Notes: a model not told the origin generated them from the sequence alone. A DNA stretch of 64,000 nucleotides from a virus (IMGVR_UViG_2627853630_000004:11340-75339); one strand, 5' to 3'; counted from the stretch's first letter, positions 1-11,339 are shown. Numbers and translations are program-made.

Positions 1-409
1 CGCAGTCAAACACCCACGACACCGTGTTGCCGATTTTTGCGTTAGCGTGATCCGGCTGTTTTTGGAACGCGACAGAGCGCGCAGTTGACGTGTCACCTGA
101 TGCCTTGTTTCGCACTACGATGACGTTATTGCCCCACGTCGCTGAAGACTGGCTCTGCGCGTTGTACATCAGGGACAGTTTTTTATTTACCGGGGAAGTT
201 TTCAGCAACGTGACTGTGATGGTGCCGGATTTCCCCGCGTGCAGGCTGTGCATCACTTCGCCGTCAGCGCCAACAGTCATCGTGTTTTTTGCCTCGGTCA
301 TGACAACCGTGATCCCTTCCTCCGAGGCTGCCGAACCGTAACCGAGATCGACAATTCCGGTTGGGCCTGCAAGGGATGCGGTAACGTCCAAAAATGAATA
401 GGTGCTCAT
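1..409 (-). CDS. Tail tube protein (DUF3277-like), runs off the left window edge
   Basis: Manual translation from ATG 409: MSTYSFLDVTASLAGPTG...GEVMHSLHAGKSGTITVTLLKTSPVN, open to position 1; directly follows the sheath gene. Confidence 0.8.
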   Translation of the reverse strand, partial: MSTYSFLDVTASLAGPTGIVDLGYGSAASEEGITVVMTEAKNTMTVGADGEVMHSLHAGKSGTITVTLLKTSPVNKKLSLMYNAQSQSSATWGNNVIVVRNKASGDTSTARSVAFQKQPDHANAKIGNTVSWVFDC

Positions 410-418
410 TGATCCCCC

Positions 419-1567
419 TTAACGGACAACGTTGATTTGTACGTCAGCGTAATGCACAGCGCCGGCCAGCTTGCACGCAACCTGAATAACGGGCGCTTTA
501 CGGGCTTCGCGGTCTGCCTGTGCCTGCGCGGATATCGGCTGCGCATAGACGTAGTAGCCTTTTGTCAGCGTGTCACCGCTTGCCAACTGGCCTATCGGTC
601 CACCATTCCACACACCGGGTGCAACTAAGCCATTCGTCACGCTCTGATCCATGGATTGTTCAACGTTCGCCAGCAGGCGTGTTACACCCGCATCGGTTTG
701 AGGCACTTTGGTTGTGCTGGTGTACAGCACGTTGTAGAGGTTGGTCTGTACGTAGTTTTGTAGCCAGTCCAGTCCGTGGCGTTCGTCGAAGAAGTCGCCG
801 TTTGCCATAACACCCTGCTGAAGAATTGCCGTATCGTTTTCGTAGTACACGTAAACGTTACAGTTTTTCGCATCGACGGCGGCGGCCTGATTGATCTGCA
901 GGGTTTCATACGTGACGCCGGGCTCCTGTTTGAATTTCAGCGTAATGGTGGTGTTGCTGCCATTAAAATTCACGGTAAACGCCCGACCAAACGCAGACAG
1001 CGCCGCGTATTTGCTGCTGGTGGAATACTGCGTGAATGTGCGTGCGTACCCCGCCGCTTTCAGTTTTGATGCCAGATCGTCGGTACTGGTTGTACTCAGT
1101 GTTGCCGCCGCATCAGTAGTAACGGCAAAGATGCGACTGACGCGGGCCGACTCAATCGCCGCCGCCACCGCCAGTACATCGACATCCAGCAGATCCGCGC
1201 TGTCAGCCACCCCCAATCCGTACCAGTTAGTAAACTGAAGCGAGGCATTGACGGCCTGAATCAGCGTTTCGACCGCTCCGGTTTCTCCGGCTGCGAGCGT
1301 TTTCGCCCAGCGCCCGATATACACCTGTGTCGGTTTCGGGGATTGTGAAAAGAACACCGTGGCGGCGGCGTATTCTGGCGAATCCACACCGAAATCATCG
1401 CCGATATCTTCAACGCCGGAATAAAGCCGCAGGCGCTCGGTGACGGGAATAACGGTTGATGTACCGAGAATCAGCAACGAGCCAAAGTTTCGGCCTGTCG
1501 CCGCCGTGGGCGACATGATGACATCAACGTTGACAACATTGGACAACGGTAAGCCCTGCTGTGCCAT
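419..1567 (-). CDS. Contractile tail sheath protein (DUF3383 family)
   Basis: [13 protein letters not shown]-terminus, [30 protein letters not shown]-terminus; upstream of the tube gene. Confidence 0.85.
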   Translation of the reverse strand: MAQQGLPLSNVVNVDVIMSPTAATGRNFGSLLILGTSTVIPVTERLRLYSGVEDIGDDFGVDSPEYAAATVFFSQSPKPTQVYIGRWAKTLAAGETGAVETLIQAVNASLQFTNWYGLGVADSADLLDVDVLAVAAAIESARVSRIFAVTTDAAATLSTTSTDDLASKLKAAGYARTFTQYSTSSKYAALSAFGRAFTVNFNGSNTTITLKFKQEPGVTYETLQINQAAAVDAKNCNVYVYYENDTAILQQGVMANGDFFDERHGLDWLQNYVQTNLYNVLYTSTTKVPQTDAGVTRLLANVEQSMDQSVTNGLVAPGVWNGGPIGQLASGDTLTKGYYVYAQPISAQAQADREARKAPVIQVACKLAGAVHYADVQINVVR

Positions 1568-1570
1568 GAA

Positions 1571-2131
1571 TTAATCTCCAAAGAATACTGGCGCATCCAC
1601 CAGCGTTTTGATGTTGTAAGTGCGCGTGTTTTTACGGGATAGCGTGACAGTGATGTCGTAGCGCCTCACCCACTGGTTGTTAATGAGCTCAGGCAGGTTA
1701 TAGAGCGTCCCCGCCTCCACCAGCGACAGCCCGGTCAGGTTTAGCTCAGCGTTGTTCTGCTCAACGAAAATACCCGCGCGGAACGTGGCCGCCGTGCTGG
1801 CACCGAGAGGACCATAGAAGCAGCAGATAACCGTCACGGTTTCCCATGACCACTGCTCGGACTGGTCTTCCGAAACCTGAACGTCTGACTGGCTAAGCGG
1901 CTGCGGCACAGTGGTGATACCGAATCCGCACCATGTCACGCCGTTTTTCGGGATTTGTGGCTGCGGGTCTGTCCAGCGCGGAAAAACCTGCGCGGCAGGC
2001 AGGCCAGACACGCCACGGATCCATCGACTGATTTCCCGCTCAAGCTCTTCGTCATAAGCAGGCGTATCCCCGACCGGGCTAAGATAGCCACGCGATGTGC
2101 TGTCATTGCTCAACGGGTATCCCTCCGTCAA
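1571..2131 (-). CDS. Neck/tail terminator protein (start may be TTG at 2113)
   Basis: Synteny between head-tail adaptor and sheath; PELINNQWVRRYD motif. Confidence 0.65.
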   Translation of the reverse strand: MTEGYPLSNDSTSRGYLSPVGDTPAYDEELEREISRWIRGVSGLPAAQVFPRWTDPQPQIPKNGVTWCGFGITTVPQPLSQSDVQVSEDQSEQWSWETVTVICCFYGPLGASTAATFRAGIFVEQNNAELNLTGLSLVEAGTLYNLPELINNQWVRRYDITVTLSRKNTRTYNIKTLVDAPVFFGD

Positions 2132-2510
2132 AATCCATTAACTCGCAGTGCGCCTGAACAAATCCCGCGCCATAGCTCGTATACGGATCGACAAACGTCA
2201 CGCGATATCGGCGGCCGTTATAGGTCACCACATCAGCATCCAGCCGCGGCGTGGTATCTGATGGCGGCTGTCCCTGCGTCAGTCGGAATTGCGTCACGAT
2301 GAGAATAGCCCCCCTGATGTTCTGTCCGGCAGCCATGCGCCGTGCCTCGAGTGAGCGATCGACGGTCACCACGCCAGAAAATGGAATGTCTTGCGGCGTG
2401 TTGGTTGGGAAGTTGTCATCGTCCACTGTCTGCACCTGCCGATGACAAATCAGCGAGAAATCAGCAAAATCGGGATCGAGCAGTATTTCGGAAACATCGA
2501 GCAGCGGCAT
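2103..2510 (-). CDS. Head-tail adaptor/closure protein
   Basis: MPLLDVSEILLDPDFAD start, YGAGFVQAHC end; synteny. Confidence 0.65.
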   Translation of the reverse strand: MPLLDVSEILLDPDFADFSLICHRQVQTVDDDNFPTNTPQDIPFSGVVTVDRSLEARRMAAGQNIRGAILIVTQFRLTQGQPPSDTTPRLDADVVTYNGRRYRVTFVDPYTSYGAGFVQAHCELMDFDGGIPVEQ

Positions 2511-2512
2511 GA

Positions 2513-3013
2513 TTATTTCCTCACAACATAGGTGATAGAGCGCAACAGGTAGCCGTGTGCGTATAGCGGCTTTTCACCCAGCAACCCGTTAGCCCGTCGT
2601 TTTTCTCGTGTTTTTTCGGAAAGCGGCGCGAGTCGGTCACCATCACTGATCACCTTTTTCGCGCCGTCAGAGGCGATAATCCCAGCACGTTCGAGTTCAC
2701 GCTCAGCGCCAGCGGCGTTCCCCTCCAGTGCCAGTTCTGCGGCAGCTTTTAGGTGTGCTGTGGTGCGCTCACGTGTATCTTCAATACCGATATCCAGAAA
2801 GGGGCGCGGCGGTAACGTGACGACAGCACCGTCGATCTCAATCGTTGCACCAGTTGATTGCAGATAACCGATCTCGGCGTTGTTCAACTGACCGTCATCA
2901 CGCGACGCATTGCCCTCGGGTATCCCCACCAGCACATCCATCCCGGAAAGGCGCGTCAGGGCATCGATAATTGAGTCAGCGTTATCCGCCGTTACCGTCA
3001 CGCCACTTTTCAT
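2513..3013 (-). CDS. Neck/tail completion protein
   Basis: VLVGIP, NNAEIGY, PPRPFL and [10 protein letters not shown] motifs typical of this neck family. Confidence 0.65.
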   Translation of the reverse strand: MKSGVTVTADNADSIIDALTRLSGMDVLVGIPEGNASRDDGQLNNAEIGYLQSTGATIEIDGAVVTLPPRPFLDIGIEDTRERTTAHLKAAAELALEGNAAGAERELERAGIIASDGAKKVISDGDRLAPLSEKTREKRRANGLLGEKPLYAHGYLLRSITYVVRK

Positions 3014-3429
3014 TGCGGCGTACCTAACTGGACACCACCAGCCCCGAATACCATCAGGTATTCCCAGAACTCAGAGCCGTAACGAGAGTTGTTCCAGAAT
3101 CCCGCATTCGGATCTAGCGTCGCGCTGGCGTCGTAGCTAACCGACACCTTGTCCACTGACTTTGACGTCTGTATGCCGCTATTTGCGCCACCAGCGGTAC
3201 CCACGACAACACCTCGCATATCAGCGGCGTAAAGGTACATGTAGTGCGCGACATACAGCCCAACGAGGTAGGGGAAAAAATCCTCGCCAAAGCGCGACTC
3301 ACTAAAAAGGACGTCAGCGATAGTAAGACGTGCCTGAATCATTGCGGTCGGGTACTTTGTTTCGTCAGCGAACTGGGGAAAGGTTTCACGGAACTGGGCA
3401 ACGGTCGGCAAACTGTTATTTTTTGCCAT
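3010..3429 (-). CDS. Head-tail connector (DUF4054 family)
   Basis: [32 protein letters not shown] motifs. Confidence 0.75.
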   Translation of the reverse strand: MAKNNSLPTVAQFRETFPQFADETKYPTAMIQARLTIADVLFSESRFGEDFFPYLVGLYVAHYMYLYAADMRGVVVGTAGGANSGIQTSKSVDKVSVSYDASATLDPNAGFWNNSRYGSEFWEYLMVFGAGGVQLGTPQ

Positions 3430-3751
3430 TCCCCGCCACCTTAGAAAGCTCTTCGACTTTTGCGGTCAGGGTTGCAACCTGTCCCTCAAGCTCTGCAATG
3501 CGTGTGTCTTTTTCCGCTGCGTCCGCCACCGACACCTGCAAGTCAGCATCTTTCTGCGAAAGCAACGCCTCAAGCTCTGCAATGCGTGGGTCATTTGCCA
3601 CTGCTGGTGCTTCACCATCAGGCGAGCAATGCGCTTTCACAAACCAGTGCTCGGCTACTGCGTCGTCCACATCGTGGAAACCAGCAGCGAAAGGAGTAAT
3701 TTTCGCGCCATCGTTGAAGTTGAACGCCGTCAATACATAGATTTTCTTCAT
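3416..3751 (-). CDS. Small virion-associated protein with C-terminal coiled coil
   Basis: [10 protein letters not shown] motif; repeated RIAELE heptads; follows the capsid gene. Confidence 0.6.
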   Translation of the reverse strand: MKKIYVLTAFNFNDGAKITPFAAGFHDVDDAVAEHWFVKAHCSPDGEAPAVANDPRIAELEALLSQKDADLQVSVADAAEKDTRIAELEGQVATLTAKVEELSKVAGNGKK

Positions 3752-3764
3752 CGGTATTCCTTAG

Positions 3765-3788
3765 AAAAAAGCCCCTGTGAAAGGGGCT
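3765..3788 (-). terminator. Intrinsic terminator after the major capsid gene
   Basis: AGCCCCT-TTCAC-AGGGGCT followed by a T run on the minus strand. Confidence 0.7.
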
Positions 3789-3797
3789 GTATCTGGA

Positions 3798-4739
3798 TTA
3801 AATGCCATCCATGTAGTTCAGGGTTTCCGGGTAAACTGGCTCAACTGCCCCCAGCTTGCCGTAGTAGGTCACCAGCTGATACAGGCCGCGATACTGAATC
3901 GGCACGCTTTGCAACGGCACCATCGGGAACCGTACAAACTTCTTATCGTTGGTGTAGGCCGCCATGCGATCGGTACCACCGACACCGCGACCCTTCACCC
4001 ATTTAACCGGACGAATATTCAGTGGCTTGCCGTTCTGGTGATAGGCGATGGTGTTCGTCTCCAGATAGGTCAGCAGAGACTGGTTACCGGCACTGGAAAC
4101 AATCGTGCTCGCAAGGAACGAGTATTGCTCAGGCGGAATTAGCAAATCCTCTGGCACTTTGGAATACGCTGAACGGGCCCACGCGTTACTCAGCACCTGG
4201 TTGATGCTGGCGCGGATTTCGTCGGCGGTTGAGGTTGCCCACGGTTTGATAGCATTGGTTGGCGTCACCTGAAGCAGGTTAAGCAACCCTTTGGCACCTT
4301 TCGCAGCGTCACCGATATAAACCTGCTCGTCGGTGTCCATGTTCCATTTCAGCTGCATGCCATCGTATTTTTGGGTATCAATGGGGCGTCCAACCTGCGC
4401 GGCAGCTTTCAGTTCGATAATTGTCCAGCCAAGCTCCATACCCCACAATTCGAGCGGAAACCCTTTTTTCTCAATATCAACATTGATACCAGCAATGGCT
4501 GTGGCCAGTGGGCTGATCCAGTTTTTACCATTGGCGTTAGGTGTACCCGCAGCAGCAAAGGTGGTGTTGGTGAAAGAGCTGATTTCGTCAGCGATAGACA
4601 CGTCTTCGCGTAACTGAATGTCGCGGCTCCACGTCTGGGACGTCAGCGGAAGGTTCAGATTCTGGTCGAGGCGTTCCAACTCATGAACAAGAAAGGCACC
4701 AGAACTATCAATGGTGGCCTGGTCAAATGTCATTGGCAT
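3798..4739 (-). CDS. Major capsid protein (DUF2184 family)
   Basis: GAFLVHELERLD, GRPIDTQK, VRFPMVPL, YMDGI; follows protease and decoration genes. Confidence 0.85.
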   Translation of the reverse strand: MPMTFDQATIDSSGAFLVHELERLDQNLNLPLTSQTWSRDIQLREDVSIADEISSFTNTTFAAAGTPNANGKNWISPLATAIAGINVDIEKKGFPLELWGMELGWTIIELKAAAQVGRPIDTQKYDGMQLKWNMDTDEQVYIGDAAKGAKGLLNLLQVTPTNAIKPWATSTADEIRASINQVLSNAWARSAYSKVPEDLLIPPEQYSFLASTIVSSAGNQSLLTYLETNTIAYHQNGKPLNIRPVKWVKGRGVGGTDRMAAYTNDKKFVRFPMVPLQSVPIQYRGLYQLVTYYGKLGAVEPVYPETLNYMDGI

Positions 4740-4750
4740 TTGCGATTTCC

Positions 4751-5245
4751 TTAAATATTAAAGGCGAGTTCAATGTTGCCGTTGGTATCGCCGGGGCCAT
4801 TGAAGTAAGCGTTAGTGATTTGCACCGTATTGGTTCCGTCAGCAGCAGCGAGGAACGCCCCCAGCGGGCTGGATGCAGTCGGTGTGTCCACGCGCATATA
4901 GACTGCGCCGCCAAGCGTCACCGCGCTGGCGTCAGCACCGAGATTTACTGTCACGTAGCCACGCTTCATGCAGTCGCCCGCAAAGTTATAACCGCTACCA
5001 ATCTGGCGCACCTTGTCAGGCTGGGAAGCTGTTGGGTACGGGCGAACATAGATGCCCACCACGACGGTAGCAGCATCAGCCGCCTCAATCGGCACAAACT
5101 TACCTGCCGAAAACTTCCCGGCAAGGCCGTACGCGGCGAATACCTTCGTGCTGTCCAGTGTCTGAGGCTCGACCGTCAGATCCTGCGGGCGAGAGATCGC
5201 CCCGGCGATGCCCGCAGGCATCCGGTAAAGAAAAGTGTTATCCAT
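4751..5245 (-). CDS. Head decoration/cement protein
   Basis: YRMPAGIAGAISR start, GNIELAFNI end; between protease and capsid genes. Confidence 0.7.
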   Translation of the reverse strand: MDNTFLYRMPAGIAGAISRPQDLTVEPQTLDSTKVFAAYGLAGKFSAGKFVPIEAADAATVVVGIYVRPYPTASQPDKVRQIGSGYNFAGDCMKRGYVTVNLGADASAVTLGGAVYMRVDTPTASSPLGAFLAAADGTNTVQITNAYFNGPGDTNGNIELAFNI

Positions 5246-5256
5246 TGAATGCCTCG

Positions 5257-6462
5257 TTAGCGTTTGGCCCAGATTTCCTTCGCGGCAGCGTTAATTTCCG
5301 CGATGGTTCTAGTGGTGCTGGAGTTGATGTTTCGAAATCCATCAACGGTTTTGGCTGCGGTGTTACGGTTTTTAGCAACCTCAGAAATGGCGGTAAACGC
5401 CATATCAATCGTGGCTTTTTTCAGCTTGCTGATATCAGCATCACCGACGATGGAGCGCACCAGAGACTGATCGGCAGACGCGAGAACCTGACGTTTAAAC
5501 GCTGTCGGTTTCGCTTTCTCTGGCAACTGGATGCCGGGTTGAATGAGGTCAGCGCGGTAAGCGGCATCGCCAGTCACCTTGCCTTCTTCCTCTTTCTTCT
5601 CCTCTTCATCTTCATCATCAGTGCCAGCAGACGCTGCGGCGGCTGGGGTAAGTTTGGCGATCGCTTCAATCAACGCTTTACCCCAGGCTGGGATTTCTTC
5701 CTCCGCATCACCAGTGCCGGGCAATGCCGGACCAGGAAGCGGATTTTGCGGGGCAAGGTTAATGACCACACCGCCAGGCGTCATGGTGGATGTCACGTCG
5801 TCATCCCCGGTCACGGTGCCAGGCGGGTTATCGATAAGGCTCGCCATTTCAGCGGCATCCCCGGTTTTTCGGGCTTTAAGAAGCCGGGTAAACCAGTTTT
5901 TAGTAGTGCTTGGCATAGAATCTCCTACTGCACAACGGAAACCAGCCCGCCCGTTAGGGACAAGGGCCAGATGATTAGCGGTAATCGCAGATTGGTTAGC
6001 GAGACCGGGTGAAATTTGTTCGTAGTCGGCGTCATATCCGCAACTGACCTCGTCTTCGCCATCGTCGATGGCTTGTAACGCCTCAGGTGTTTTAACGATG
6101 ACGTCAGCCAGTAGCAGATCGGAATCGGTGCCAGTCCCACGCCGCACGTTCTGAATGTGCCCGTGTGCAAGCTGACGCCAGTTATCTGGTGTGACAAAGA
6201 TGATTTGGCCGTTAAAGTCGCGGGGGTGGCCGATGGTGACAGCCATCCCCTCGAATGACGCCATGGCGCGCTCGCTGAATACCTCTTCCGGAGTTCGACG
6301 AACGATGACCTTACCTTTGTCATTCGGGACGAGTTCCGGTCGCTCGGTGGCGTCATACTCCTGCTCACCAGTTCTTGCGATCGGTACGTCTTTAAACAGG
6401 ACGGAACCGTCAGCAAGTTGATAGCGGGTGTTACCCAGACGGGTTTTAAAGAAATATTTCAT
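5257..6462 (-). CDS. Prohead protease/scaffold (DUF2213 family)
   Basis: [33 protein letters not shown]; acidic low-complexity scaffold-like tail. Confidence 0.85.
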   Translation of the reverse strand: MKYFFKTRLGNTRYQLADGSVLFKDVPIARTGEQEYDATERPELVPNDKGKVIVRRTPEEVFSERAMASFEGMAVTIGHPRDFNGQIIFVTPDNWRQLAHGHIQNVRRGTGTDSDLLLADVIVKTPEALQAIDDGEDEVSCGYDADYEQISPGLANQSAITANHLALVPNGRAGFRCAVGDSMPSTTKNWFTRLLKARKTGDAAEMASLIDNPPGTVTGDDDVTSTMTPGGVVINLAPQNPLPGPALPGTGDAEEEIPAWGKALIEAIAKLTPAAAASAGTDDEDEEEKKEEEGKVTGDAAYRADLIQPGIQLPEKAKPTAFKRQVLASADQSLVRSIVGDADISKLKKATIDMAFTAISEVAKNRNTAAKTVDGFRNINSSTTRTIAEINAAAKEIWAKR

Positions 6463-6487
6463 GAGTTACCTGCTGAATTGCGGGTAT

Positions 6488-6512
6488 AAAAAAGGCCGCG
6501 ATTAGCGGCCTT
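6488..6512 (-). terminator. Intrinsic terminator downstream of moron 6519-6950
   Basis: AAGGCCGC-TAATC-GCGGCCTT followed by a T run on the minus strand. Confidence 0.65.
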
Positions 6513-6518
6513 GTGGGG

Positions 6519-6950
6519 TTATTTACTCAATCTGTCTTTTAATGCTTTAGCGGACTCTAATCCTCTCTCGGCATTTTCTAATTCATATCTCGCCTGCTTC
6601 ACTCTGAGTGCGTCGCTATTGGGATTATTACCACGCCCACCCCAGTCTGGATGGGAAATACGAGTCCATGCATCCCGAGCCCGACTTAAACGAAGTTCAG
6701 CTGCCTCTACGTCACTGGCCCCATCTAGCCAATCTTGATAGTAAGCAGATGCGGTTTCATTATCCTCCAGTAGCTTAATTACGTCTGATTTTTTGGTTTT
6801 CCCTGATGGCAGGCTGTAATAGCACCACTCATGTTTCCCAGTCGGCCTGAAGTACCATGAAAAAATCCACTGCCCATCCAGATTGAAGCGGTCATGACTG
6901 AACTCAAATCCATTCAACTGATGTACTTTCTGCATCATTTTCGAATCCAT
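6519..6950 (-). CDS. Hypothetical moron protein inserted in the head operon
   Basis: 143-aa ORF, more AT-rich than flanking genes, with its own terminator. Confidence 0.65.
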   Translation of the reverse strand: MDSKMMQKVHQLNGFEFSHDRFNLDGQWIFSWYFRPTGKHEWCYYSLPSGKTKKSDVIKLLEDNETASAYYQDWLDGASDVEAAELRLSRARDAWTRISHPDWGGRGNNPNSDALRVKQARYELENAERGLESAKALKDRLSK

Positions 6951-6977
6951 CCCAAGTTGATGATCACTTATTATGGA

Positions 6978-7730
6978 TCATTTCCTCGGCTCCGGTATGT
7001 GTACCTCTGACCAACATTCGCAGTTAGGCAGGCATCCGGCATGCCCGGTCATACCGTCAAGCGTTGGCGGGTTATCCCATCGCACAAACACATTTTTCAT
7101 CTTTCTGTGTGATGGGCGAGTTCCAGCGCCCTCAATGCGCCACCAATACCCCTCTGAACCGACAGCCAACGCTCGCGCCTGTGTCAGTGCGCCAGTGGCG
7201 CGGCCAATCTCAGTACGAGCTATCATTCGGGCGCGTCCGGCAGCCACATCACCCGACTGCATGATCATCTCGTACAGCGCATCGGGACGTTCGCCACGAA
7301 TAACCGCCTCTATGGCTCGCTCCTGTATCTCAGATACACGGCTTGCCGCCTCCAGCGGTAGCGACTTCATGTACTGAATCTGGCGTGCCACGATATCCCG
7401 CGCAACAGCGCCAACGGGGGTATTTCCCACAACGTCGCGCAACCCGATGGATATTTCTTCCGATACCGATCGCCACTGATTCCATTCTTCCTGCTCAACC
7501 TGAGCGAACATTTTCATGCCAACCATTTCCGCCCAGTCACCGATCACGTCCGAATAATCCACCAGCGTGTTAGCTATCGAATCAGCGCTATTTTGAGAGC
7601 CATCGTAGGAACCAGCCACGATCGCGCCGATTTGCTGCGCTATCGCCTGTAGGCTTTTCAGGTACTGGCGCTCCGATTTGCGGCGGAGGCCCGGCTTCAA
7701 GTTCAGACTCCTCCCACTCTTTGGCCGCAT
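6978..7730 (-). CDS. Minor head morphogenesis protein (SPP1 gp7/Mu F-like); likely start TTG 7700
   Basis: RARMIARTE, TRPSH, HAGCLPNCEC motifs; GGAGGAG SD 7 nt upstream of TTG 7700. Confidence 0.85.
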   Translation of the reverse strand: MRPKSGRSLNLKPGLRRKSERQYLKSLQAIAQQIGAIVAGSYDGSQNSADSIANTLVDYSDVIGDWAEMVGMKMFAQVEQEEWNQWRSVSEEISIGLRDVVGNTPVGAVARDIVARQIQYMKSLPLEAASRVSEIQERAIEAVIRGERPDALYEMIMQSGDVAAGRARMIARTEIGRATGALTQARALAVGSEGYWWRIEGAGTRPSHRKMKNVFVRWDNPPTLDGMTGHAGCLPNCECWSEVHIPEPRK

Positions 7731-9030
7731 TCTTAATATCCTCGTCCGTTATTGAAGCGCCGACACCAGTAACATCCGCAAGCTCTCGTAAGTCCGTCAG
7801 GGCAGCAGCAGGAGACATGCCTAAATCCCGCACGGCGGTAGCCAACGCGGTCGTGGTGTTGGTTGCTACCGTAGAGCGGTCCACATCGGACATCTGCCAC
7901 AGGGGGTTAAACTCAAACGTGAAGTCTTCCGGCAACGGCTCGCCAAACTCTGAGCGGTGCAACACATCGAATAGCAGGCGGATATGAGGGCGTAAATCTC
8001 GCTCCTGTAGCGTTCCGACATCATCGTAGTAATTTGCCAGGTCAGCATCGCCAGTTGAAAACCCCTTCGGTGACTGACGGAACAGGCGAACCAGAGGAAT
8101 ACCAACAGCCCCCGCAATATCCTCTTTAAACTCGCTCAACAGATCGGATAGGCCAGCAAAAGAATAAGAATGGGTTTCGAAAGTGTCATCCGCATCAAAC
8201 AGGGACATACCCTCATTCGTCTGGAACTGGCGCACCATGTCCATATTTTTGAGCAGCGCCTCAAAGGGTTTGCCGCCCATGGCGATAATCTCGCGCAGCT
8301 TTTTAATTTTCGCGGTACGCAGGTGCGCCTTATAGGCCAACTGTGCAGCGCCAACGCTGGTGCTGTCGTAGGATGTCAGTCGGTCAAAAATACGCTCAAC
8401 AATCGACATTCCCCATTCGTTTTCGGTGATTTTCTGCTGATACGGCAGCTTCACACCGTCCATACGGATCAAGCGGCTATGGTGAACCGTCCAGGCAGGA
8501 AGCCCCTGCGCTGTTGTCACGATATCGTAGAACTCCGGCTTGCCAAGATTTGGTCCCAGCGTCTTAATGCGCCTGGTAAGCTGAGGATTAATCATCCAAC
8601 GGTCGAGAACGGACAGCCCCTTAAAACTCCCCTTGCCGACTTTATCCAGCATCAGCGGGGTTAACGGTGCCTGCCCCTCAATGAGGACCAGTGCAACAGC
8701 CCCACCGTACAGACGCGACCACTTCAGAGTTTCGTTGAGCGCGTCCCAAAGTTGCAACTCTTCGAATTTGGATTCAAGAATACCGCGACGCTTCGGGTCA
8801 ATCTCGCTGGTGATGCGCACACCTTTTTTCGTCATGTCATCTGCTTTCGAATCGACAGCAGCGCCGATAATCCATGAGGAACGGTACGTATATTCAATCA
8901 GTAGCCGGTTGCGGCTGGTATAGTTCGCTCGATAGGTCGATGCGGCGTGCTGATTAGGCTGTTGCATGCCGACACGGGCAATGAAATTGTCATAGCTGTC
9001 AACCGTGGCCACTTTTTTATTGCGTGCCAT
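7588..9030 (-). CDS. Portal protein (DUF1073 family)
   Basis: WSRLYGGA, HHSRLIRMDG, GIPLVRLF, FEFNPLWQ; directly after TerL. Confidence 0.85.
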   Translation of the reverse strand: MARNKKVATVDSYDNFIARVGMQQPNQHAASTYRANYTSRNRLLIEYTYRSSWIIGAAVDSKADDMTKKGVRITSEIDPKRRGILESKFEELQLWDALNETLKWSRLYGGAVALVLIEGQAPLTPLMLDKVGKGSFKGLSVLDRWMINPQLTRRIKTLGPNLGKPEFYDIVTTAQGLPAWTVHHSRLIRMDGVKLPYQQKITENEWGMSIVERIFDRLTSYDSTSVGAAQLAYKAHLRTAKIKKLREIIAMGGKPFEALLKNMDMVRQFQTNEGMSLFDADDTFETHSYSFAGLSDLLSEFKEDIAGAVGIPLVRLFRQSPKGFSTGDADLANYYDDVGTLQERDLRPHIRLLFDVLHRSEFGEPLPEDFTFEFNPLWQMSDVDRSTVATNTTTALATAVRDLGMSPAAALTDLRELADVTGVGASITDEDIKNAAKEWEESELEAGPPPQIGAPVPEKPTGDSAANRRDRGWFLRWLSK

Positions 9031-10646
9031 TATTGGCCTCCTAGCAGGTTCCAGATATCCAGTGCGGTATCCATCGGCGCGTAGTTGATCATGACGGTGT
9101 CAGCCAGGTTGGGTGATTTCGTCCCGTCTGGTTGCTTATCGACCACAATTTTCCCAACGCCGTTGATTGAGTAAGTTGGTTGGGATAATTCAATGACGAG
9201 CTTGTCTTTGTTTGCCATCTCGCCACTGATTGAAATGATTTCGTCAGGGTGGTAATCCATGCCCTGAACAGCGCGATACGTGTTGCGGAATAGCTTTCGC
9301 AGATGCCACCAGCTCTGTGCTTTCGCATTTGCGAAGAAATCTTTATTGATGCGGGCTGGTTTCCCGTTGTCGCCTGGTACGGCCTCATCGTCAGGATCAA
9401 ACACGCCGCCACTGCCACGGAACGGTGTGGCTGTGATTTGCCGGACACCTTCAGCGCTGCGCAGTTCGTTAATCACTCTCGCGTCACCACGAGCGCCAGC
9501 GCCTAATCCATCTTCGTCAAACCGAAACTCATCGAGCCCGTACTCGTCACAGAAGCCGAACGACTTCTCAACTGACGCGTAAATGTCGCTGCCAACACCA
9601 GACCACTCCTTTACGTCCTGAAGCAGGAAACCGTAACGAGCGGAGAATGCGTTTTTATCCTTACCTTCATCAGCGATGTCCATTGCGCCCAGACGGCGCC
9701 CAGACGGCTGGATCCCCAGCTTAATGTGAGCGTCGACAGCAGCCTGTACCCATTCTGATGGGATGAGAATGCCCTCGGCAGATGCCTGATAGTTGAGATC
9801 CAACTCCTGCGCGACAACAACGGGGTTATCCAGTTTTTCACATTCTTTCCGGTACCATTCATCATCCTTGCGTGGATCGCTACGCCAGTGAAACGTGAAT
9901 ACCGGGATACGCCCGCTATGGCGCTTCTGAGCAAAGGGGTTGCTCATTCCGTTTACTGATGAGAGATCAATACGGCAACGGGTTGTCTGTGATAGCGCAG
10001 CGTCAATCAACATCGGTCGCTGAAGGAACGCCGCCTCATCCACGAAATAAAGCGTTGTACGGTCACCGCGGCCTATATTGTCCCCCGCTTCACCCTTGAT
10101 GACGGCACCAGTATCGGGAAACTCCACGCGCATATATGGCGCATGTTTTTTATCACTCCACGCTCCGCGAAACTCAGCGGGGAGCATTTCGACAAACTTC
10201 CGCGCCTTCCAGAACAGCGCCTTTGGGTCGCCGGTACTATCAACGTATTCCTCTTTACGGGAACCGAAGCCGATTACCATTTCTTTGTTAAAGAGACATA
10301 AGGAGCAGGCCAGGCCGATTGATGTCCAGCTCAGTCCCATCTCACGGCTTTTTTCAGTAATACCGTTTTCGAGATTCTGTCTGCGGGTCATGATCCAGTG
10401 AATCCATTCCTCCTGTTTGGGGAACAGCAGAAACGGAATAGTAACGGGCAGTCCGTAATCGATGTTTCGGGGGTCAGTAGTCATCCCCCAATCGATAATG
10501 AACTGTGCCGGGTTATCCTTGTAAAATTGCCGCAGCGCAGGAAGCTGATCAGGGTTCTGGCGAATGCGCTGTAATCGCTCCATTCGCCACTCAAAAACCT
10601 GCGTGTAGTCCGGTTTTTTGAAGTCGAACGGGAACGGAATAGGCAT
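9030..10646 (-). CDS. terL: Terminase large subunit
   Basis: Walker A-like KSREMGLSW, Walker B YFVDEAA, nuclease MDIADEGKD and SPNLAD. Confidence 0.9.
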   Translation of the reverse strand: MPIPFPFDFKKPDYTQVFEWRMERLQRIRQNPDQLPALRQFYKDNPAQFIIDWGMTTDPRNIDYGLPVTIPFLLFPKQEEWIHWIMTRRQNLENGITEKSREMGLSWTSIGLACSLCLFNKEMVIGFGSRKEEYVDSTGDPKALFWKARKFVEMLPAEFRGAWSDKKHAPYMRVEFPDTGAVIKGEAGDNIGRGDRTTLYFVDEAAFLQRPMLIDAALSQTTRCRIDLSSVNGMSNPFAQKRHSGRIPVFTFHWRSDPRKDDEWYRKECEKLDNPVVVAQELDLNYQASAEGILIPSEWVQAAVDAHIKLGIQPSGRRLGAMDIADEGKDKNAFSARYGFLLQDVKEWSGVGSDIYASVEKSFGFCDEYGLDEFRFDEDGLGAGARGDARVINELRSAEGVRQITATPFRGSGGVFDPDDEAVPGDNGKPARINKDFFANAKAQSWWHLRKLFRNTYRAVQGMDYHPDEIISISGEMANKDKLVIELSQPTYSINGVGKIVVDKQPDGTKSPNLADTVMINYAPMDTALDIWNLLGGQ

Positions 10647-10865
10647 GAGTCGCTACTCTGAAAAATGTGTGAGATTTGGGGCTATTTAACATATTGTGGA
10701 TTTTGCGCACCACCGAAAAAGCACTCACCACGCAAACCGCGTGAAGCGCTTGTTTCTCTATGTTTTCTTGCGGAAGTTGGTCAAAAAGTGGTGAATAAAT
10801 CGTGCATAAAACAGGGGTGAAAGTGCATAGCCTGTTTGCTGCTCAAAGTGGCTATTTTTGCAGTT

Positions 10866-11339
10866 TTACCCCATCATATTTTTATAAGCGTCAGCTGCTT
10901 CCTGCGGCGATAGGTTTGTAACCTGCGTTTGAATGGGGCCGCCATCCTTGCCTGTGCTCTCTACCTTCAGTTTGTTGGTGTATGCGTCGCCAACCTCTTT
11001 AGCGGCCTGCTCCAGTAGTTGCGCCGTCATGCCGAGGTTTTTAATTTTCTCAGCTTGTTCTGACATTCGGTTTAAAACCCGTAATCGATACGCCTTGTTA
11101 GCGATCGGGATATCGGAAATCTCATTCTGAAAACGTTCACGGGTGGCATGAAAAAGATCCACCCATTTTTTACTGAGACTCTTAGCCATCGCGTTCGATG
11201 GGTCATAAGCAGACACCTGCTGCCTGGTGACAACTAAGTTAAATTCTTCTTTTACAAGCGTGATGATTTTTGATGTGCTCTCGTAACACGCAAGCGATTG
11301 AACTATGAAGGCTTTAACCTCTGTCGATAATGCTGCCAT
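10866..11339 (-). CDS. terS: Terminase small subunit (DUF2280 family)
   Basis: MAALSTEVKAFIVQSLAC, IPIANKAYRL, TGKDGGPI; upstream of TerL. Confidence 0.8.
   Translation of the reverse strand: MAALSTEVKAFIVQSLACYESTSKIITLVKEEFNLVVTRQQVSAYDPSNAMAKSLSKKWVDLFHATRERFQNEISDIPIANKAYRLRVLNRMSEQAEKIKNLGMTAQLLEQAAKEVGDAYTNKLKVESTGKDGGPIQTQVTNLSPQEAADAYKNMMG

Noticed and set aside
5158-6012. 284-aa plus-strand ORF and many other antisense or shadow ORFs in the track
   Set aside because: They overlap well-supported phage genes on the opposite strand or in another frame and have no recognisable motifs
7588-7730. Long portal/minor-head gene overlap as a frameshift or error
   Set aside because: Both frames are open and the downstream gene has its own strong SD before TTG 7700
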